From positions 106,136 through 170,135 of the forward strand of contig CAVVTJ010000007.1 of the NCBI GenBank assembly GCA_963751145.1: a stretch of DNA of 64,000 nucleotides, in the 5' to 3' direction. Below the pieces are notes generated by a model. That model made no database searches and was not told where the DNA came from. It worked only from the letters and a program-made list of their open reading frames with translations. Made by a program: the position numbers and the translations under genes. Below, in pieces: positions 37,085-48,392 of this stretch (its first letter is position 1; every line of letters begins with the position of its first letter). Source of the DNA: an uncultured Alphaproteobacteria bacterium. Its GTDB lineage: Bacteria; Pseudomonadota; Alphaproteobacteria; Sphingomonadales; Sphingomonadaceae.

Positions 37085-38131
37085 ATGACCGACTTCTTCC
37101 AATCCAGCCTCGGCCTGTCCTACGAATGGTCGTGGTTCATTGCCACGATCTGCGGGATCCTGCTGATCGCGCTGCCGCTGATGCTCAGCGTGGCGATGAT
37201 CATCTATGCTGACCGCAAGATCTGGGCGGCGATGGCGCTGCGGCGCGGGCCGAACGTGGTGGGCCCGTGGGGGCTGCTGCAAAGTTTCGCGGACGGCCTG
37301 AAGGTGTTCCTGCAGGAAACCATCGTCCCCAGTGCCTCGAACAAAGTGCTGTTCCTGCTCGCACCGATCATCACCTTTACCGTGGCCTTGATGGCCTGGG
37401 CGGTGATCCCGTTCAATGGCCGCGCGATCCTCGCCGATATCAACGTCGGGCTACTCTATGTCCTCGCGATCTCATCGCTGGGGGTTTACGGCACGGTGAT
37501 CGCGGGCTGGTCAAGCAATTCGAAGTATCCGTTCTTCTCGGCGATGCGCGCTTCGGCGCAGATGATTTCGTACGAAGTGTCGATCGGGTTCATCGTGATC
37601 TGCGTGGTGATGTACGCCGGCACGTTCAACATGAACGGCATCGTTCTGGCGCAGCGCGGGCATGGCTTCGGGATCGTCAACGCCTTCGGGTTCAACCTGC
37701 TGCTGTTCCCGATGGCGGTGATGTTCCTGATTTCGGGCATGGCCGAAACCGGCCGCGCGCCGTTCGATCTGACCGAGGCGGAGAGCGAGCTCGTCGCTGG
37801 GTACCAGACCGAATATTCGAGCATGAGCTTCGCGCTCTACTGGCTCGGCGAATATGCCAACGTGCTCTTGATGTGCGCGCTAAACGCCACGCTGTTCTGG
37901 GGCGGCTGGCTGCCGCCGATCGAATGGGCACCGCTCTACTGGATCCCGGGCTGGATCTGGCTGTTCGCCAAGATCTTTTTCTTCTTCTTCGTGTTCAGCT
38001 GGGTCAAGGCGACCGTCCCGCGCTACCGCTATGACCAGCTGATGCGGCTGGGCTGGAAGGTGTTCCTGCCGGTTTCGCTGGGGTTTGTGGTGCTGGTGAG
38101 TGGTTGGTTGATGTGGAGGCAGGGAGCATGA
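37085..38131 (+). CDS. nuoH: NADH-quinone oxidoreductase subunit H
   Basis: RRGPNVVG, ADGLK, RAPFDLTEAESELVAGY, PRYRYDQLM. Confidence 0.97.
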   Translation: MTDFFQSSLGLSYEWSWFIATICGILLIALPLMLSVAMIIYADRKIWAAMALRRGPNVVGPWGLLQSFADGLKVFLQETIVPSASNKVLFLLAPIITFTVALMAWAVIPFNGRAILADINVGLLYVLAISSLGVYGTVIAGWSSNSKYPFFSAMRASAQMISYEVSIGFIVICVVMYAGTFNMNGIVLAQRGHGFGIVNAFGFNLLLFPMAVMFLISGMAETGRAPFDLTEAESELVAGYQTEYSSMSFALYWLGEYANVLLMCALNATLFWGGWLPPIEWAPLYWIPGWIWLFAKIFFFFFVFSWVKATVPRYRYDQLMRLGWKVFLPVSLGFVVLVSGWLMWRQGA

Positions 38132-38658
38132 AGCGATTTGCCACTTTTCTAAGTGTAGGATTGGCGCTGGCGGCGCCTTCAACTATGCAAGCGAAAAATT
38201 CACCATCCAAGCCTGTCGTTGAGCATATTGATTTAGATAAGCTTGATGTCGAATTTGAGCTAGTTTGCTACAAGCAAGATACAGATCCGCCGGGTCCTGC
38301 TATAACATCATTTTTTGTTCACCATATAGTGGGCGAAACTTCGACAAAGCGGTTTGTAGAACTTAGCTTCTACAATAAGGATCTACCACCCAACTTCGTT
38401 TTGACTAACCCGATTCAGCGTGCAGACCACATACTTGGAAGTGGTTTGGGGACATATGTACTCGTTGGAAGGGGCCCAGCTAATAGTCTGGATCGCAAGC
38501 TCGTTTCTGAGAAAGTGTCGTTCAAACTCGTGATTTCATACACGCCGGAGAATTATCTTCGGGCTGACCTCACAGTTACCAGCAAGGAGGTCTCGTTGAA
38601 GCGCAAGGGCTGTCATAAAGCACCACCGCGACCGATCTCAATGGAACCCAAACAATGA
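38128..38658 (+). CDS. Hypothetical exported protein, low GC, inserted between nuoH and nuoI
   Basis: Signal peptide [26 protein letters not shown] overlaps at both ends; visibly AT-rich; 2 Cys. Confidence 0.72.
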   Translation: MKRFATFLSVGLALAAPSTMQAKNSPSKPVVEHIDLDKLDVEFELVCYKQDTDPPGPAITSFFVHHIVGETSTKRFVELSFYNKDLPPNFVLTNPIQRADHILGSGLGTYVLVGRGPANSLDRKLVSEKVSFKLVISYTPENYLRADLTVTSKEVSLKRKGCHKAPPRPISMEPKQ

Positions 38659-39140
38659 CCGCCGCACAGCTCATCAAATCGTTTACCCTGTGGGAGTTCG
38701 TCAAGGCGCATTGGCTGACCTTGCAGTACTTCTTCAAGCCCAAGGCCACGATCAACTATCCGTTCGAGAAAAACCCGCTGAGCCCGCGGTTTCGCGGCGA
38801 GCATGCGCTGCGGCGCTATGCCAATGGCGAAGAACGTTGCATTGCCTGCAAGCTGTGCGAAGCGGTCTGCCCGGCGCAGGCGATCACGATCGAGGCCGAG
38901 CCGCGCGACGATGGCAGCCGCCGGACCACACGCTATGACATCGACATGACCAAATGCATCTTCTGCGGCTTTTGTCAGGAAGCTTGCCCGGTCGATGCGA
39001 TCGTCGAAGGGCCGAACTTCGAATACGCGACCGAAACGCGCGAAGAACTGCTTTACGACAAGGCCAAACTGCTGGCGAACGGGGACAAGTGGGAGCGGGC
39101 ACTGGCCGCGAACCTTGAAGCCGATGCGCCGTATCGTTAG
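38655..39140 (+). CDS. nuoI: NADH-quinone oxidoreductase subunit I
   Basis: [12 protein letters not shown] and [12 protein letters not shown]. Confidence 0.98.
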   Translation: MTAAQLIKSFTLWEFVKAHWLTLQYFFKPKATINYPFEKNPLSPRFRGEHALRRYANGEERCIACKLCEAVCPAQAITIEAEPRDDGSRRTTRYDIDMTKCIFCGFCQEACPVDAIVEGPNFEYATETREELLYDKAKLLANGDKWERALAANLEADAPYR

Positions 39141-39169
39141 GGGCCCGGGGATGAACGCGATGCTCGGTA

Positions 39170-39293
39170 AAATACCTCCCCGGAACGGGGAGGGGGACCG
39201 CTCCGAAGGAGTGGTGGAGGGGTCAGTGATCGGTGGGTATCACCCCTCCGTCAGCGCTGCGCGCTGCCACCTCCCCGTTACGGGGAGGTATTT
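39170..39293. repeat. MITE/REP-like multi-hairpin element between nuoI and nuoJ
   Basis: 12-bp terminal inverted repeat AAATACCTCCCC/GGGGAGGTATTT; CCTCCCC-N5-GGGGAGG hairpins at both ends; internal GGAGGGGT/ACCCCTCC pairing and two further small hairpins. Confidence 0.8.
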
Positions 39294-39299
39294 GGTGTC

Positions 39300-39917
39300 A
39301 TGATCACGGCTCTCGCCTTTTACCTGTTCGCGGCCTTCACCGTCATTTCCGGCGCAGTGGCGATCCTGGCCCGCAACCCGGTCCATTCGGTGCTGTGGCT
39401 GATCCTGGCGTTCTTCAACGCGGCCGGGCTGATGGTGCTGCTTGGCACCGAGTTCATCGCGATGCTGCTGGTGATCGTTTACGTCGGCGCGGTGGCGGTG
39501 TTGTTCCTGTTCGTGGTGATGATGCTCAACGTCGATTTCGCGCAGGTGCGTACTGGGCTGATCCGCAATTTTCCGCTTGGCTTGGTGCTCGCGGCGGTCT
39601 TGCTGGGTGAAATCGTGATCGGGCTTGGCGCGGTGGGCCAGGGCGGGATCAAGCTGGGCGTGGCCGATGGCAGCGCCGCGCCGGTGGCCGGGCAGAGCAA
39701 TATCGAGGCGATCGGGATGCTGCTGTACGGCAAGTATCTGTTTCTGTTCGAAGCGGCGGGGATCCTGCTGCTGGTCGCCATGGTTGGCGCGATCGTGCTG
39801 ACTCACCGCAAGCGCGAGGGCGTGCGCGGCCAATCGGTCCCGCGCCAGAACGCGCGCAGGCCGGACGAGGCGACGGTCAATGTGTCGCCCGAAGTGGGCA
39901 AGGGGGTTGAGCTGTGA
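39300..39917 (+). CDS. nuoJ: NADH-quinone oxidoreductase subunit J
   Basis: [27 protein letters not shown]. Confidence 0.97.
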   Translation: MITALAFYLFAAFTVISGAVAILARNPVHSVLWLILAFFNAAGLMVLLGTEFIAMLLVIVYVGAVAVLFLFVVMMLNVDFAQVRTGLIRNFPLGLVLAAVLLGEIVIGLGAVGQGGIKLGVADGSAAPVAGQSNIEAIGMLLYGKYLFLFEAAGILLLVAMVGAIVLTHRKREGVRGQSVPRQNARRPDEATVNVSPEVGKGVEL

Positions 39918-40222
39918 CCATCGGCATCGAACATTACGTCACGGTCAGCTCGATCCTGTTCGTGCTGGGCGTGCTGGGGATCTTCCTCAACCGCAAGAAC
40001 GTGATCACCATCCTGATCTCGATCGAGCTGATCCTGCTGGCGGTGAACATCAATATGGTCGCCTTCAGCGCCTTTCTGCATGACCTGACCGGGCAGATTT
40101 TCGCGATGTTCGTGCTGACCGTGGCGGCGGGCGAGGCGGCGATTGGCCTCGCCATTCTGGTGCTCTATTTCCGTGACCGCGGCACCATCGCGGTTGACGA
40201 TGTCAGCCATCTGAAGGGGTGA
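39914..40222 (+). CDS. nuoK: NADH-quinone oxidoreductase subunit K
   Basis: [20 protein letters not shown]. Confidence 0.97.
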   Translation: MTIGIEHYVTVSSILFVLGVLGIFLNRKNVITILISIELILLAVNINMVAFSAFLHDLTGQIFAMFVLTVAAGEAAIGLAILVLYFRDRGTIAVDDVSHLKG

Positions 40223-40229
40223 GCAGCCA

Positions 40230-42248
40230 GTGACTTCGATCCACTTCATAGTATTTCTGCCGCTGCTGGCCGCGATTGTTGGCGGGCTGGGCAACCGTGC
40301 GCTGGGCAACACCGTGGTCAAGGCGATCACCACCGGCGCGCTGTTCATTGCCGCTGCGCTGAGCTGGCCGATTTTCTTCTCGTTCCTGGGCGGACATGCC
40401 GAAGCCTCCGTGGTGCCAGTGCTGCATTGGGTTCAATCCGGCAGCCTGGCGTTTGACTGGGCCTTGCGGGTTGATACGCTGACGGCAGTGATGCTGGTGG
40501 TGGTCACCACAGTGTCCGCGCTGGTTCACCTCTACTCGTGGGGGTACATGGACGAAGACCCCGATCAGCCGCGGTTTTTCGCTTACCTGAGCCTGTTCAC
40601 GTTCGCGATGCTGATGCTGGTGACCGCCGACAACCTGGTCCAGATGTTCTTTGGCTGGGAAGGGGTGGGGCTCGCCTCATACCTGCTGATCGGGTTCTGG
40701 TTCCGCAAGCCTTCGGCCAGCGCCGCTGCGATCAAGGCCTTCGTGGTCAACCGGGTCGGCGATCTGGGCTTCATGCTGGGTATTTTCGGCGTGTTCCTGG
40801 TGTTCAACACCGTTTCGATCCCGGAAATTCTGGTCCGCGCGCCATCTATGGCCGGATCGACGATTCACTTCATGGGCCTGCAATGGGATACGATGACGAT
40901 CCTGTGCGTGCTGCTGTTCATCGGCGCGATGGGCAAATCGGCGCAGCTGGGGCTGCACACCTGGTTGCCGGATGCGATGGAGGGGCCCACGCCCGTCTCG
41001 GCGCTGATCCACGCCGCCACCATGGTCACCGCGGGCGTGTTCATGGTCTGCCGCCTCTCGCCGCTGTTCGCGGTTAGCCCGGACGCGATGGCGGTGGTGA
41101 CTTACGTCGGCGCAGCAACGCTGTTCTTCGCCGCGACGATCGGCACGACGCAGTGGGATATCAAGCGGGTGATCGCCTACTCCACCTGCTCGCAGCTGGG
41201 CTACATGTTCGTCGCGGCGGGCGTTGGCGCACCGGGTGCGGCGATGTTCCACCTGTTCACCCACGCCTTCTTCAAGGCGCTGCTGTTCCTGGGCGCGGGT
41301 TCTGTGATCCATGCGATGCACCATGAGCAGGACATGCGGTTCTATGGCGGCCTCAGAAAACACATCCCGCTGACCTTCTGGGCGATGATGGCCGGAACCT
41401 TGGCGATCACCGGCATTGGCATTGTCGATGTGTTCGGCTTTGCCGGGTTCTATTCCAAGGATTCGATCCTTGAAGCCGCATATGGCGCGCATAGCGCCAG
41501 CGGCTCGATGGGTTTCTGGCTAGGGATTACCGCCGCACTGCTGACCAGCTTCTATTCGTGGCGGCTGATGTTCCTGACGTTTTACGGAAAGCCGCGCTGG
41601 GAGCAGTCCGAGCACATCCAGCATGCGGTGCACGATGATCATCACGGCCACGCGCACGGTCATTCCAGCGATGGGACCGCCGGGTATCACCCCCACGAAA
41701 GCCCGCTGTCGATGCTGATCCCGCTCGGCTTGCTGAGCCTCGGCGCGGTGTTTGCCGGGTTCGCGTTCCATCACGAATTTATCAGCGAAGGCGGCGGTGA
41801 ATTCTGGCGCGGCTCGGTGGCCTTCAGCGAAGAGCTGATCCACCACATGCACGAGGTGCCGCTGTGGGTGAAATGGGCCCCGTTCGCGGTGATGCTGACC
41901 GGATTTGCGGTCGCCTGGTACGCCTATATCAAGAACCCCGGCCTGCCGGCCAAGTTCGCCGGCGCGATCAAGCCGCTCTACACTTTCGTCTACAACAAGT
42001 GGTACTTCGACGAGCTCTACGACCGGATCTTCGTGCGGCCGGCCTTCTGGCTGGGCAACGCGTTCTGGAAGCTCGGCGATGTGGGCCTGATCGATCGGTT
42101 CGGCCCCAACGGCTCTGCCTGGGCGGTGCTGCAGGGCAGCCGCGCGGCGGCCAGGCTGCAGACGGGTTACCTCTATTCCTACGCTCTGGTCATGCTGCTG
42201 GGGCTTACCGGCGCGATCAGCTGGGTCTTCTGGCAGGCGGTGCATTGA
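40230..42248 (+). CDS. nuoL: NADH-quinone oxidoreductase subunit L
   Basis: [46 protein letters not shown]. Confidence 0.97.
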   Translation: MTSIHFIVFLPLLAAIVGGLGNRALGNTVVKAITTGALFIAAALSWPIFFSFLGGHAEASVVPVLHWVQSGSLAFDWALRVDTLTAVMLVVVTTVSALVHLYSWGYMDEDPDQPRFFAYLSLFTFAMLMLVTADNLVQMFFGWEGVGLASYLLIGFWFRKPSASAAAIKAFVVNRVGDLGFMLGIFGVFLVFNTVSIPEILVRAPSMAGSTIHFMGLQWDTMTILCVLLFIGAMGKSAQLGLHTWLPDAMEGPTPVSALIHAATMVTAGVFMVCRLSPLFAVSPDAMAVVTYVGAATLFFAATIGTTQWDIKRVIAYSTCSQLGYMFVAAGVGAPGAAMFHLFTHAFFKALLFLGAGSVIHAMHHEQDMRFYGGLRKHIPLTFWAMMAGTLAITGIGIVDVFGFAGFYSKDSILEAAYGAHSASGSMGFWLGITAALLTSFYSWRLMFLTFYGKPRWEQSEHIQHAVHDDHHGHAHGHSSDGTAGYHPHESPLSMLIPLGLLSLGAVFAGFAFHHEFISEGGGEFWRGSVAFSEELIHHMHEVPLWVKWAPFAVMLTGFAVAWYAYIKNPGLPAKFAGAIKPLYTFVYNKWYFDELYDRIFVRPAFWLGNAFWKLGDVGLIDRFGPNGSAWAVLQGSRAAARLQTGYLYSYALVMLLGLTGAISWVFWQAVH

Positions 42249-42249
42249 G

Positions 42250-43779
42250 ATGAATGGCTTTCCGATCCTTTCCTTGATGCTGGCCGTGCCGCTGGTGGCG
42301 GCGCTGGCTTGCCTGGTGGTCGATGCCAAGGTGGCGCGCACGCTGGCGCTGGCTGCGACGCTGATCGATTTTGTGCTGGGCGCGGTGCTGTGGCTCAATT
42401 TCGATGTCGGCGGCGCGCAGTGGCAGTTCCAGGAGAGCAAGCAGTTGTTCGCCGGGTTTGACTGGAAGCTTGGGATCGATGGCATCGCGCTCGTGCTGAT
42501 CGAACTGTCGGTGTTCCTGATGCCGATCTGCATCCTTGCCAGCAATGTGATCGACAAGCGCGTCGGTGAATATATGGCGGCGTTCCTGCTGATGGAAACG
42601 CTGATGATTGGCGTGTTCGCGGCGCAGGATCTGTTCCTGTTCTACATCATGTTCGAAGCCGGGCTGATTCCGATGTACCTGATCATCGGGGTGTGGGGCG
42701 GGGCGAACCGGATTTACGCCAGCTACAAATTCTTCCTCTACACCCTGCTCGGCTCGGTGCTGATGCTCATCGCGATGATCTGGATGGCCAAGGAAGCCGG
42801 TACCACTGACATCCCGACGCTGATGGCCTATGATTTCCCGGCGGCAGCGCAAAAGTGGCTGTGGCTGGCATTCTTCGCCAGCTTTGCGGTGAAGATGCCG
42901 ATGTGGCCGGTCCACACCTGGCTGCCCGATGCCCACGTGCAGGCGCCCACCGCAGGTTCGGTGATCCTGGCGGGCGTCTTGCTCAAGATGGGCGGCTATG
43001 GCTTCATCCGCTTTTCACTGCCGATGTTCCCGGCGGCAAGCGCCGACTTTGCCTGGCTGGTGTTCGCACTGTCGATGGTGGCGGTGGTCTATACCAGTCT
43101 GGTCGCGCTGGTGCAGGACGACATGAAGAAGCTGATCGCTTATTCGAGCGTGGCGCACATGGCGATCGTGACAGCGGGGATGTTTGCGTTCAACACCCAG
43201 GGGCTCGAAGGTTCGATCGTGGTTATGCTCAGCCATGGTCTGGTCTCGGCCGCGCTGTTCCTGTGCGTCGGCGTGATTTATGACCGGCTGCACACGCGCG
43301 AGATCAACCGCTACGGCGGGCTGTCGATCAACATGCCGAAGTACGCGCTGTTCTTCATGCTGTTCACCATGGCTTCGGTCGGTTTGCCCGGCACCAGCGG
43401 TTTCGTGGGTGAATTCCTCAGCATGGCGGGGGCCTATCAGGCGTCCAGCTGGCTGGCCTTCGTTACCGGCACCGGAATTATCCTCGGCGCGGGCTACATG
43501 CTCTACCTCTACCGCCGGATCGCATTTGGCGAGCAGAAGAATGCCGATGCCGCCGCCATGCCCGATCTCAACCTACGCGAATGGGTGATGCTCGCGCCGA
43601 TCGCTGCGGCGGTGCTGTGGATGGGGATCTACCCCGAAAGCTTCCTCGCTCCGATCCACAGTGACGTCCGCTTCATCGAAGCGCGATTGGCGGCAACCCT
43701 GCCACCGGGCGACGCCAATCTGACTATCGATCAACGCAAGATCACGACAACCGACGTACAGCAACAGGGAGCGCACTGA
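42250..43779 (+). CDS. nuoM: NADH-quinone oxidoreductase subunit M
   Basis: VKMPMWPVHTWLPDAHVQAPT, KKLIAYSSVAHM, LPGTSGFVGE. Confidence 0.97.
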   Translation: MNGFPILSLMLAVPLVAALACLVVDAKVARTLALAATLIDFVLGAVLWLNFDVGGAQWQFQESKQLFAGFDWKLGIDGIALVLIELSVFLMPICILASNVIDKRVGEYMAAFLLMETLMIGVFAAQDLFLFYIMFEAGLIPMYLIIGVWGGANRIYASYKFFLYTLLGSVLMLIAMIWMAKEAGTTDIPTLMAYDFPAAAQKWLWLAFFASFAVKMPMWPVHTWLPDAHVQAPTAGSVILAGVLLKMGGYGFIRFSLPMFPAASADFAWLVFALSMVAVVYTSLVALVQDDMKKLIAYSSVAHMAIVTAGMFAFNTQGLEGSIVVMLSHGLVSAALFLCVGVIYDRLHTREINRYGGLSINMPKYALFFMLFTMASVGLPGTSGFVGEFLSMAGAYQASSWLAFVTGTGIILGAGYMLYLYRRIAFGEQKNADAAAMPDLNLREWVMLAPIAAAVLWMGIYPESFLAPIHSDVRFIEARLAATLPPGDANLTIDQRKITTTDVQQQGAH

Positions 43780-45245
43780 TGGACTGGGCACAGTCACTGC
43801 GCATCGTTGCGCCCGAGGAATTGCTGAGCACGGTCGGCATAATTCTGCTGGTCATCTCAGCCTGGGGGCAGGGCCGCAAGGACGCGCGCGGGATCACCTG
43901 GGTCGCGGTCCTGACGCTGTTCATCGCCGCACTGATGACCGCCCCGGCGCTGTGCAACGGGGTAAGCGGGGAAGCGGCTTTGGCCTTTGGCGGGCTGTTT
44001 TCGGGCGATGCCTTTGCCGCCTTCACCAAGCTGCTGATCTATATCTCGGCCGGCGCAGCCTTGCTCATCGCCCCCGCGTTCTTCGAACGCTACGGCGCAT
44101 ACCGCAGCGAATATCCGGTGCTGGTGCTGTTCGCGGTGCTGGGCATGGGGATCATGGTTTCGGCGACTAACCTGTTGACGCTCTACGTCGGGCTCGAGCT
44201 TAACTCGCTATCGGCCTATGTCCTCGCCGCCTTCCTGAAGCCGGATGAACGCTCGGCCGAAGCCGGGCTCAAGTATTTCGTTCTCGGCGCGCTGGCCAGC
44301 GGGATCCTGCTGTTCGGGATGAGCCTGACTTACGGGTTCACCGGCTCAATCAATTTCGCCGCAATCTCTATCGCGCTGCAGGGCGGGGTGACCACGGGCG
44401 CGCTGTTCGGGATCACTTTTGTGCTGGCCGGTCTGGCGTTCAAGATCAGCGCCGTGCCGTTCCATATGTGGACCCCCGACGTTTACGAAGGCGCGCCCAC
44501 TCCGGTGACCACGCTGTTCGCCTCTGCGCCCAAGGTTGCGGCGCTGGCGCTGACCGTGCGGGTGGCGATCGAAGCGTTTGGCAGCCAGACCGAAATGTGG
44601 CGGCCGATCGTGATCGTCGCTTCGCTGGCCTCGGTTCTGGTCGGGGCGTTGGGAGCAATCGGGCAAAGCAATATCAAACGGCTGCTGGCCTATTCCTCGA
44701 TCAACAATGTCGGCTTCATTCTGCTCGGCCTCGCCGCCGCGACGCGTGAGGGGGTCAGCGCGATGCTGGTTTACCTGGCGATCTATGTGCCGATGACGAT
44801 TGGCGGGTTTGTCGCCGTGCTGATGCTCAAGGACAAGGATGGGCGGCATCTCGAAGGGATTTCAGACCTGGCAGGTCTGTCGCGCCATCGCCCGATGCTG
44901 GCACTTGGGCTGGGCTCGATCATGTTCTCGATGGCCGGGATCCCGTTCCTGTTCGGGTTCTGGGGCAAATTCGTGGTGTTCCAGGCCGCGGTTGGCGCGG
45001 GGCTGGTCTGGGTTGCCGCAGTGGCCGCAGTGGGCAGCGTGATCGGGGCATTCTACTACCTCAAGGTGGTCAAGGTGATGTATTTCGATGAGCCCGCTGG
45101 CACCGTGCAGGGCAAGAGCGACATGGTCCACGAATGGCTGCTTGCAGCGTGCGCGGTGTTCGTATCGCCGCTGGGCTATCTGGCCACCAAGGCGCTGGCG
45201 GCCTTCACCCTGACGGCTGCCATGGTGCTGTTCCCGCCGGTTTGA
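43779..45245 (+). CDS. nuoN: NADH-quinone oxidoreductase subunit N
   Basis: EAGLKYFVLG, FKISAVPFHMWTPDVYEGAP, KRLLAYSSI. Confidence 0.97.
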   Translation: MDWAQSLRIVAPEELLSTVGIILLVISAWGQGRKDARGITWVAVLTLFIAALMTAPALCNGVSGEAALAFGGLFSGDAFAAFTKLLIYISAGAALLIAPAFFERYGAYRSEYPVLVLFAVLGMGIMVSATNLLTLYVGLELNSLSAYVLAAFLKPDERSAEAGLKYFVLGALASGILLFGMSLTYGFTGSINFAAISIALQGGVTTGALFGITFVLAGLAFKISAVPFHMWTPDVYEGAPTPVTTLFASAPKVAALALTVRVAIEAFGSQTEMWRPIVIVASLASVLVGALGAIGQSNIKRLLAYSSINNVGFILLGLAAATREGVSAMLVYLAIYVPMTIGGFVAVLMLKDKDGRHLEGISDLAGLSRHRPMLALGLGSIMFSMAGIPFLFGFWGKFVVFQAAVGAGLVWVAAVAAVGSVIGAFYYLKVVKVMYFDEPAGTVQGKSDMVHEWLLAACAVFVSPLGYLATKALAAFTLTAAMVLFPPV

Positions 45246-45958
45246 TCCACACGGTCGCCATTACCGGTTCGACCAACGCCGATCTTGCCGCGCGGCTTGC
45301 CGCTGGCGAGGCGGTGCCGGAGGGCGATTGGCTGGTGACCGATCGCCAAAGCGCTGGGCGCGGCCGCCAGGGCCGGGCCTGGAGCGACGGTGCGGGCAAC
45401 TTCATGGGCTCAACCGTGGTGCATCCAGGCGCGGGCGATCCGCCGCCCGCCACGTTGGCCTTGCTGGCCGGAATTGCCGTTCAGGAAGCCGTTTCGCCGC
45501 TTATCCCGCCGCCGGCAATGACGCGGCTGAAATGGCCCAATGACCTGCTGATCGGACCGGCCAAACTCTGCGGCATTTTGCTGGAAGCGGTGGGCAAGGC
45601 GGTGGTGGTCGGGATCGGAGTGAACCTGGCCCAGGCACCTGCGGTTCCCGGCCGGGAGACCATCGCACTGTCGCACTTTGGCCCGGCACCCAGCCGCGAT
45701 TTGTTTGCCGCCAGTCTGGCGCGCCAATTCGCGCTTGAACTTGAACGGTGGCGCAGTTTCGGGCTCGAGCCCATGCTACGCCGCTGGCAAGCTGCAGCGC
45801 ATCCCCGCGGCACCGAACTTGTGGTTGGTGAGCCGGGAGAAGAGCCACTGCGCGGAACATTTGCGGGTCTGAGCGCAGATGGAGCCTTGCAACTGACGCT
45901 AACAGACGGCACGACGCGGACAATTCACGCTGGCGAGGTTCGCCTGGCGCAAAGCTGA
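45242..45958 (+). CDS. birA: Biotin-[acetyl-CoA carboxylase] ligase (type I, no HTH)
   Basis: [33 protein letters not shown] start overlapping the nuoN stop. Confidence 0.93.
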   Translation: MIHTVAITGSTNADLAARLAAGEAVPEGDWLVTDRQSAGRGRQGRAWSDGAGNFMGSTVVHPGAGDPPPATLALLAGIAVQEAVSPLIPPPAMTRLKWPNDLLIGPAKLCGILLEAVGKAVVVGIGVNLAQAPAVPGRETIALSHFGPAPSRDLFAASLARQFALELERWRSFGLEPMLRRWQAAAHPRGTELVVGEPGEEPLRGTFAGLSADGALQLTLTDGTTRTIHAGEVRLAQS

Positions 45959-45971
45959 GGAGTGCGCAGCC

Positions 45972-46757
45972 ATGCTGCTCGCGATTGATAACGGCAATAC
46001 CAACGTCAAATTCGCGCTGGTCGATGATTCTGGTGAAATCGTCTGCCGTTGGCGGATCGCCACCGATGCCCGCCGCACGGCGGACGAATATGCGGTCTGG
46101 CTGAACCAGCTGGCCGAAATGGAAGGCTATTCGCGCAAAGACGTGACCGCAGTAGTGATCGCCACGGTGGTCCCGCGTGCGCTCCACAACTTGCAGGTTC
46201 TCGCCACCAAGTACTTTGGCGTTGAAGCATTGATTGCCGGCCGCGCACCGGTTGAATGGGGCATCGCTCTCAAAGTGGATGAGCCGCGCGCGCTGGGGGC
46301 AGACCGCGCGGTCAACGCCATTTCCGCGCAGGCGCTTGAAGCGGGCGACAAGATCGTTATCAGCTTTGGCACCGCCACCACTTTCGATCACATCGATGCC
46401 GAAGGCGCCTATCGCGGCGGTTCGATCGCCACCGGCGTGTCGCTCTCGCTCGATGCGCTCTATGAAGCGGCGGCGATGCTGCCGCGCATCGCGATCGAGC
46501 CGCCGCCAACCGCCAGCGTGATCGGCCGTGACACTGTTGGACAGATGCAGATCGGGATCTACTGGGGCTATGTCAGCATGATCGAAGGTATGCTGGCCCG
46601 GATGAAGGCCGAAATTGGCCGCCCGGTGAAAGTTATTGCTACCGGCGGCCTCGCCGCGCTGTTCCAGCAGCATGCTCATTTGTTTGACCGGGTCGAACCG
46701 GACCTGACCCTGAAGGGGATTGCCTTGCTTTATTCCAACCGCAGGCCCGAGGCGTGA
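45972..46757 (+). CDS. coaX: Type III pantothenate kinase
   Basis: [23 protein letters not shown]. Confidence 0.95.
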   Translation: MLLAIDNGNTNVKFALVDDSGEIVCRWRIATDARRTADEYAVWLNQLAEMEGYSRKDVTAVVIATVVPRALHNLQVLATKYFGVEALIAGRAPVEWGIALKVDEPRALGADRAVNAISAQALEAGDKIVISFGTATTFDHIDAEGAYRGGSIATGVSLSLDALYEAAAMLPRIAIEPPPTASVIGRDTVGQMQIGIYWGYVSMIEGMLARMKAEIGRPVKVIATGGLAALFQQHAHLFDRVEPDLTLKGIALLYSNRRPEA

Positions 46758-48388
46758 AGCCGGGCAAGGAACTCCTCTTCTGCGCGCTGGGCGGATCGGG
46801 CGAGATTGGCATGAACGTCAATCTCTATGGCACCGAAGGCAAGTGGCTGATGGTCGATCTGGGGATGACTTTCGGCGCGAACGAATACCCCGGCACCGAA
46901 CTGGTCTTTGCCGATCTTGATTTCATCGAAGAGCGGCGCAAGGATCTGGTCGGCGTGGTGCTGACCCACGCCCACGAAGACCACATCGGCGCGGTCCCTT
47001 ATTTTGCCGCAGAGCTGGGCGTGCCGCTTTATGCCACCCCGTTCACCGCGCGTCTGGTGGCAGAGAAGCTGGAAGAAGCCGGGCTTCTGGGCAAGGTCAC
47101 GCTCAACGTGATCGATCACTTGGATCAGTTCGATCTGGGCCCGTTCGGGATCCGCTACGTGCCGCTGGCTCACTCGATCGCCGAAGGCAACGCGCTGGTG
47201 ATCGAGACGCCCTATGGCCGGATTTTCCACACCGGCGATTGGAAACTGGATGACGATCCGCTGGTCGGGGTGCCGGCCACCCCGGCTGAACTGACCGCGA
47301 TCGGCGATAGCGGGGTTCTGGCACTGGTCTGCGATTCGACCAATGTGTTCAATCCCAAAGCCTCAGGCTCGGAAGGCGCGGTGCGCGCGGCCTTGCTTGA
47401 AGAAGTGGCCAAACATCAGGGCCGCCGCGTGCTGGTCACCACCTTTGCCTCCAACGTCGCGCGGCTTGAAACGCTGGGCGAAGTGGCGCGGGCATCGAAC
47501 CGCAAGCTTTGCGTGGCCGGACGCTCGCTCGACCGGATCATCCGCGTCGCCAAATCGAGCGGCTATCTCAAGGACCTGCCGCAGGTCATCGATTTCGATA
47601 CCGCGATGGCGCTCCCGCGCGGAGAAGTGCTGATCATGGCGACTGGCGGGCAGGGTGAACCGCGGGCGGCGCTTGGCCGGATTACCGACAACAACCACCA
47701 GATCGCGCTCGAGGCAGGCGATGTCGTGCTGTTCTCCAGCCGCCAGATCCCGGGCAACGAGATTGCGATCGGCCGGATCCAGAACAAGCTGGCCTTGCGC
47801 GATGTGGTTATCGTCACCGATCGGCAAAGCGAGATTCACGTTTCCGGTCACCCCGGCCGGCCTGAACTGGAAGCGCTGTATGGCTGGATCAGGCCCGAAG
47901 TTTTGGTCCCGGTGCACGGCGAAATGCGCCACATGAAGGAGCAGGGGCGGCTCGGCAAAACCCGCGGCATCCCCAAGGTGGTTGTGCAAGGTAATGGCGA
48001 TATGGTCCGCCTGGCCCCGGGCAAACCGGGCAAAATCAGCGAAGTGCGCGCCGGCCGCCTGGTGCTGGACGGTGATCTGATCACCCCGGCTGACGGCGAA
48101 GCGATCGTTATGCGCCGCCGCCTGGCGCAGAGCGGGCTGGTGATCGTGGTGCTCGACGGCAAGGGCAAGGTCCACGTCGAAGGGATCGGCTTGCCGCTGG
48201 ACGAGGACTATGACGATTTCACCGCCGAAGCGCGCGAAGATGTCGCGGCGGCAATCGCCAAACTCAAAGGCGGGCAGCGCCATGACCGCGATGTGGTGAC
48301 CGAAGCGGCCCGTCTTGCCGGCCGCCGCGCGGCACAGCGCTGGTCGGGCAAAAAGCCGCAAGTCAAAGTGATCATGGCGGAGCAATAG
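46754..48388 (+). CDS. rnj: Ribonuclease J
   Basis: [34 protein letters not shown]. Confidence 0.95.
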   Translation: MKPGKELLFCALGGSGEIGMNVNLYGTEGKWLMVDLGMTFGANEYPGTELVFADLDFIEERRKDLVGVVLTHAHEDHIGAVPYFAAELGVPLYATPFTARLVAEKLEEAGLLGKVTLNVIDHLDQFDLGPFGIRYVPLAHSIAEGNALVIETPYGRIFHTGDWKLDDDPLVGVPATPAELTAIGDSGVLALVCDSTNVFNPKASGSEGAVRAALLEEVAKHQGRRVLVTTFASNVARLETLGEVARASNRKLCVAGRSLDRIIRVAKSSGYLKDLPQVIDFDTAMALPRGEVLIMATGGQGEPRAALGRITDNNHQIALEAGDVVLFSSRQIPGNEIAIGRIQNKLALRDVVIVTDRQSEIHVSGHPGRPELEALYGWIRPEVLVPVHGEMRHMKEQGRLGKTRGIPKVVVQGNGDMVRLAPGKPGKISEVRAGRLVLDGDLITPADGEAIVMRRRLAQSGLVIVVLDGKGKVHVEGIGLPLDEDYDDFTAEAREDVAAAIAKLKGGQRHDRDVVTEAARLAGRRAAQRWSGKKPQVKVIMAEQ

Positions 48389-48392
48389 GGCG

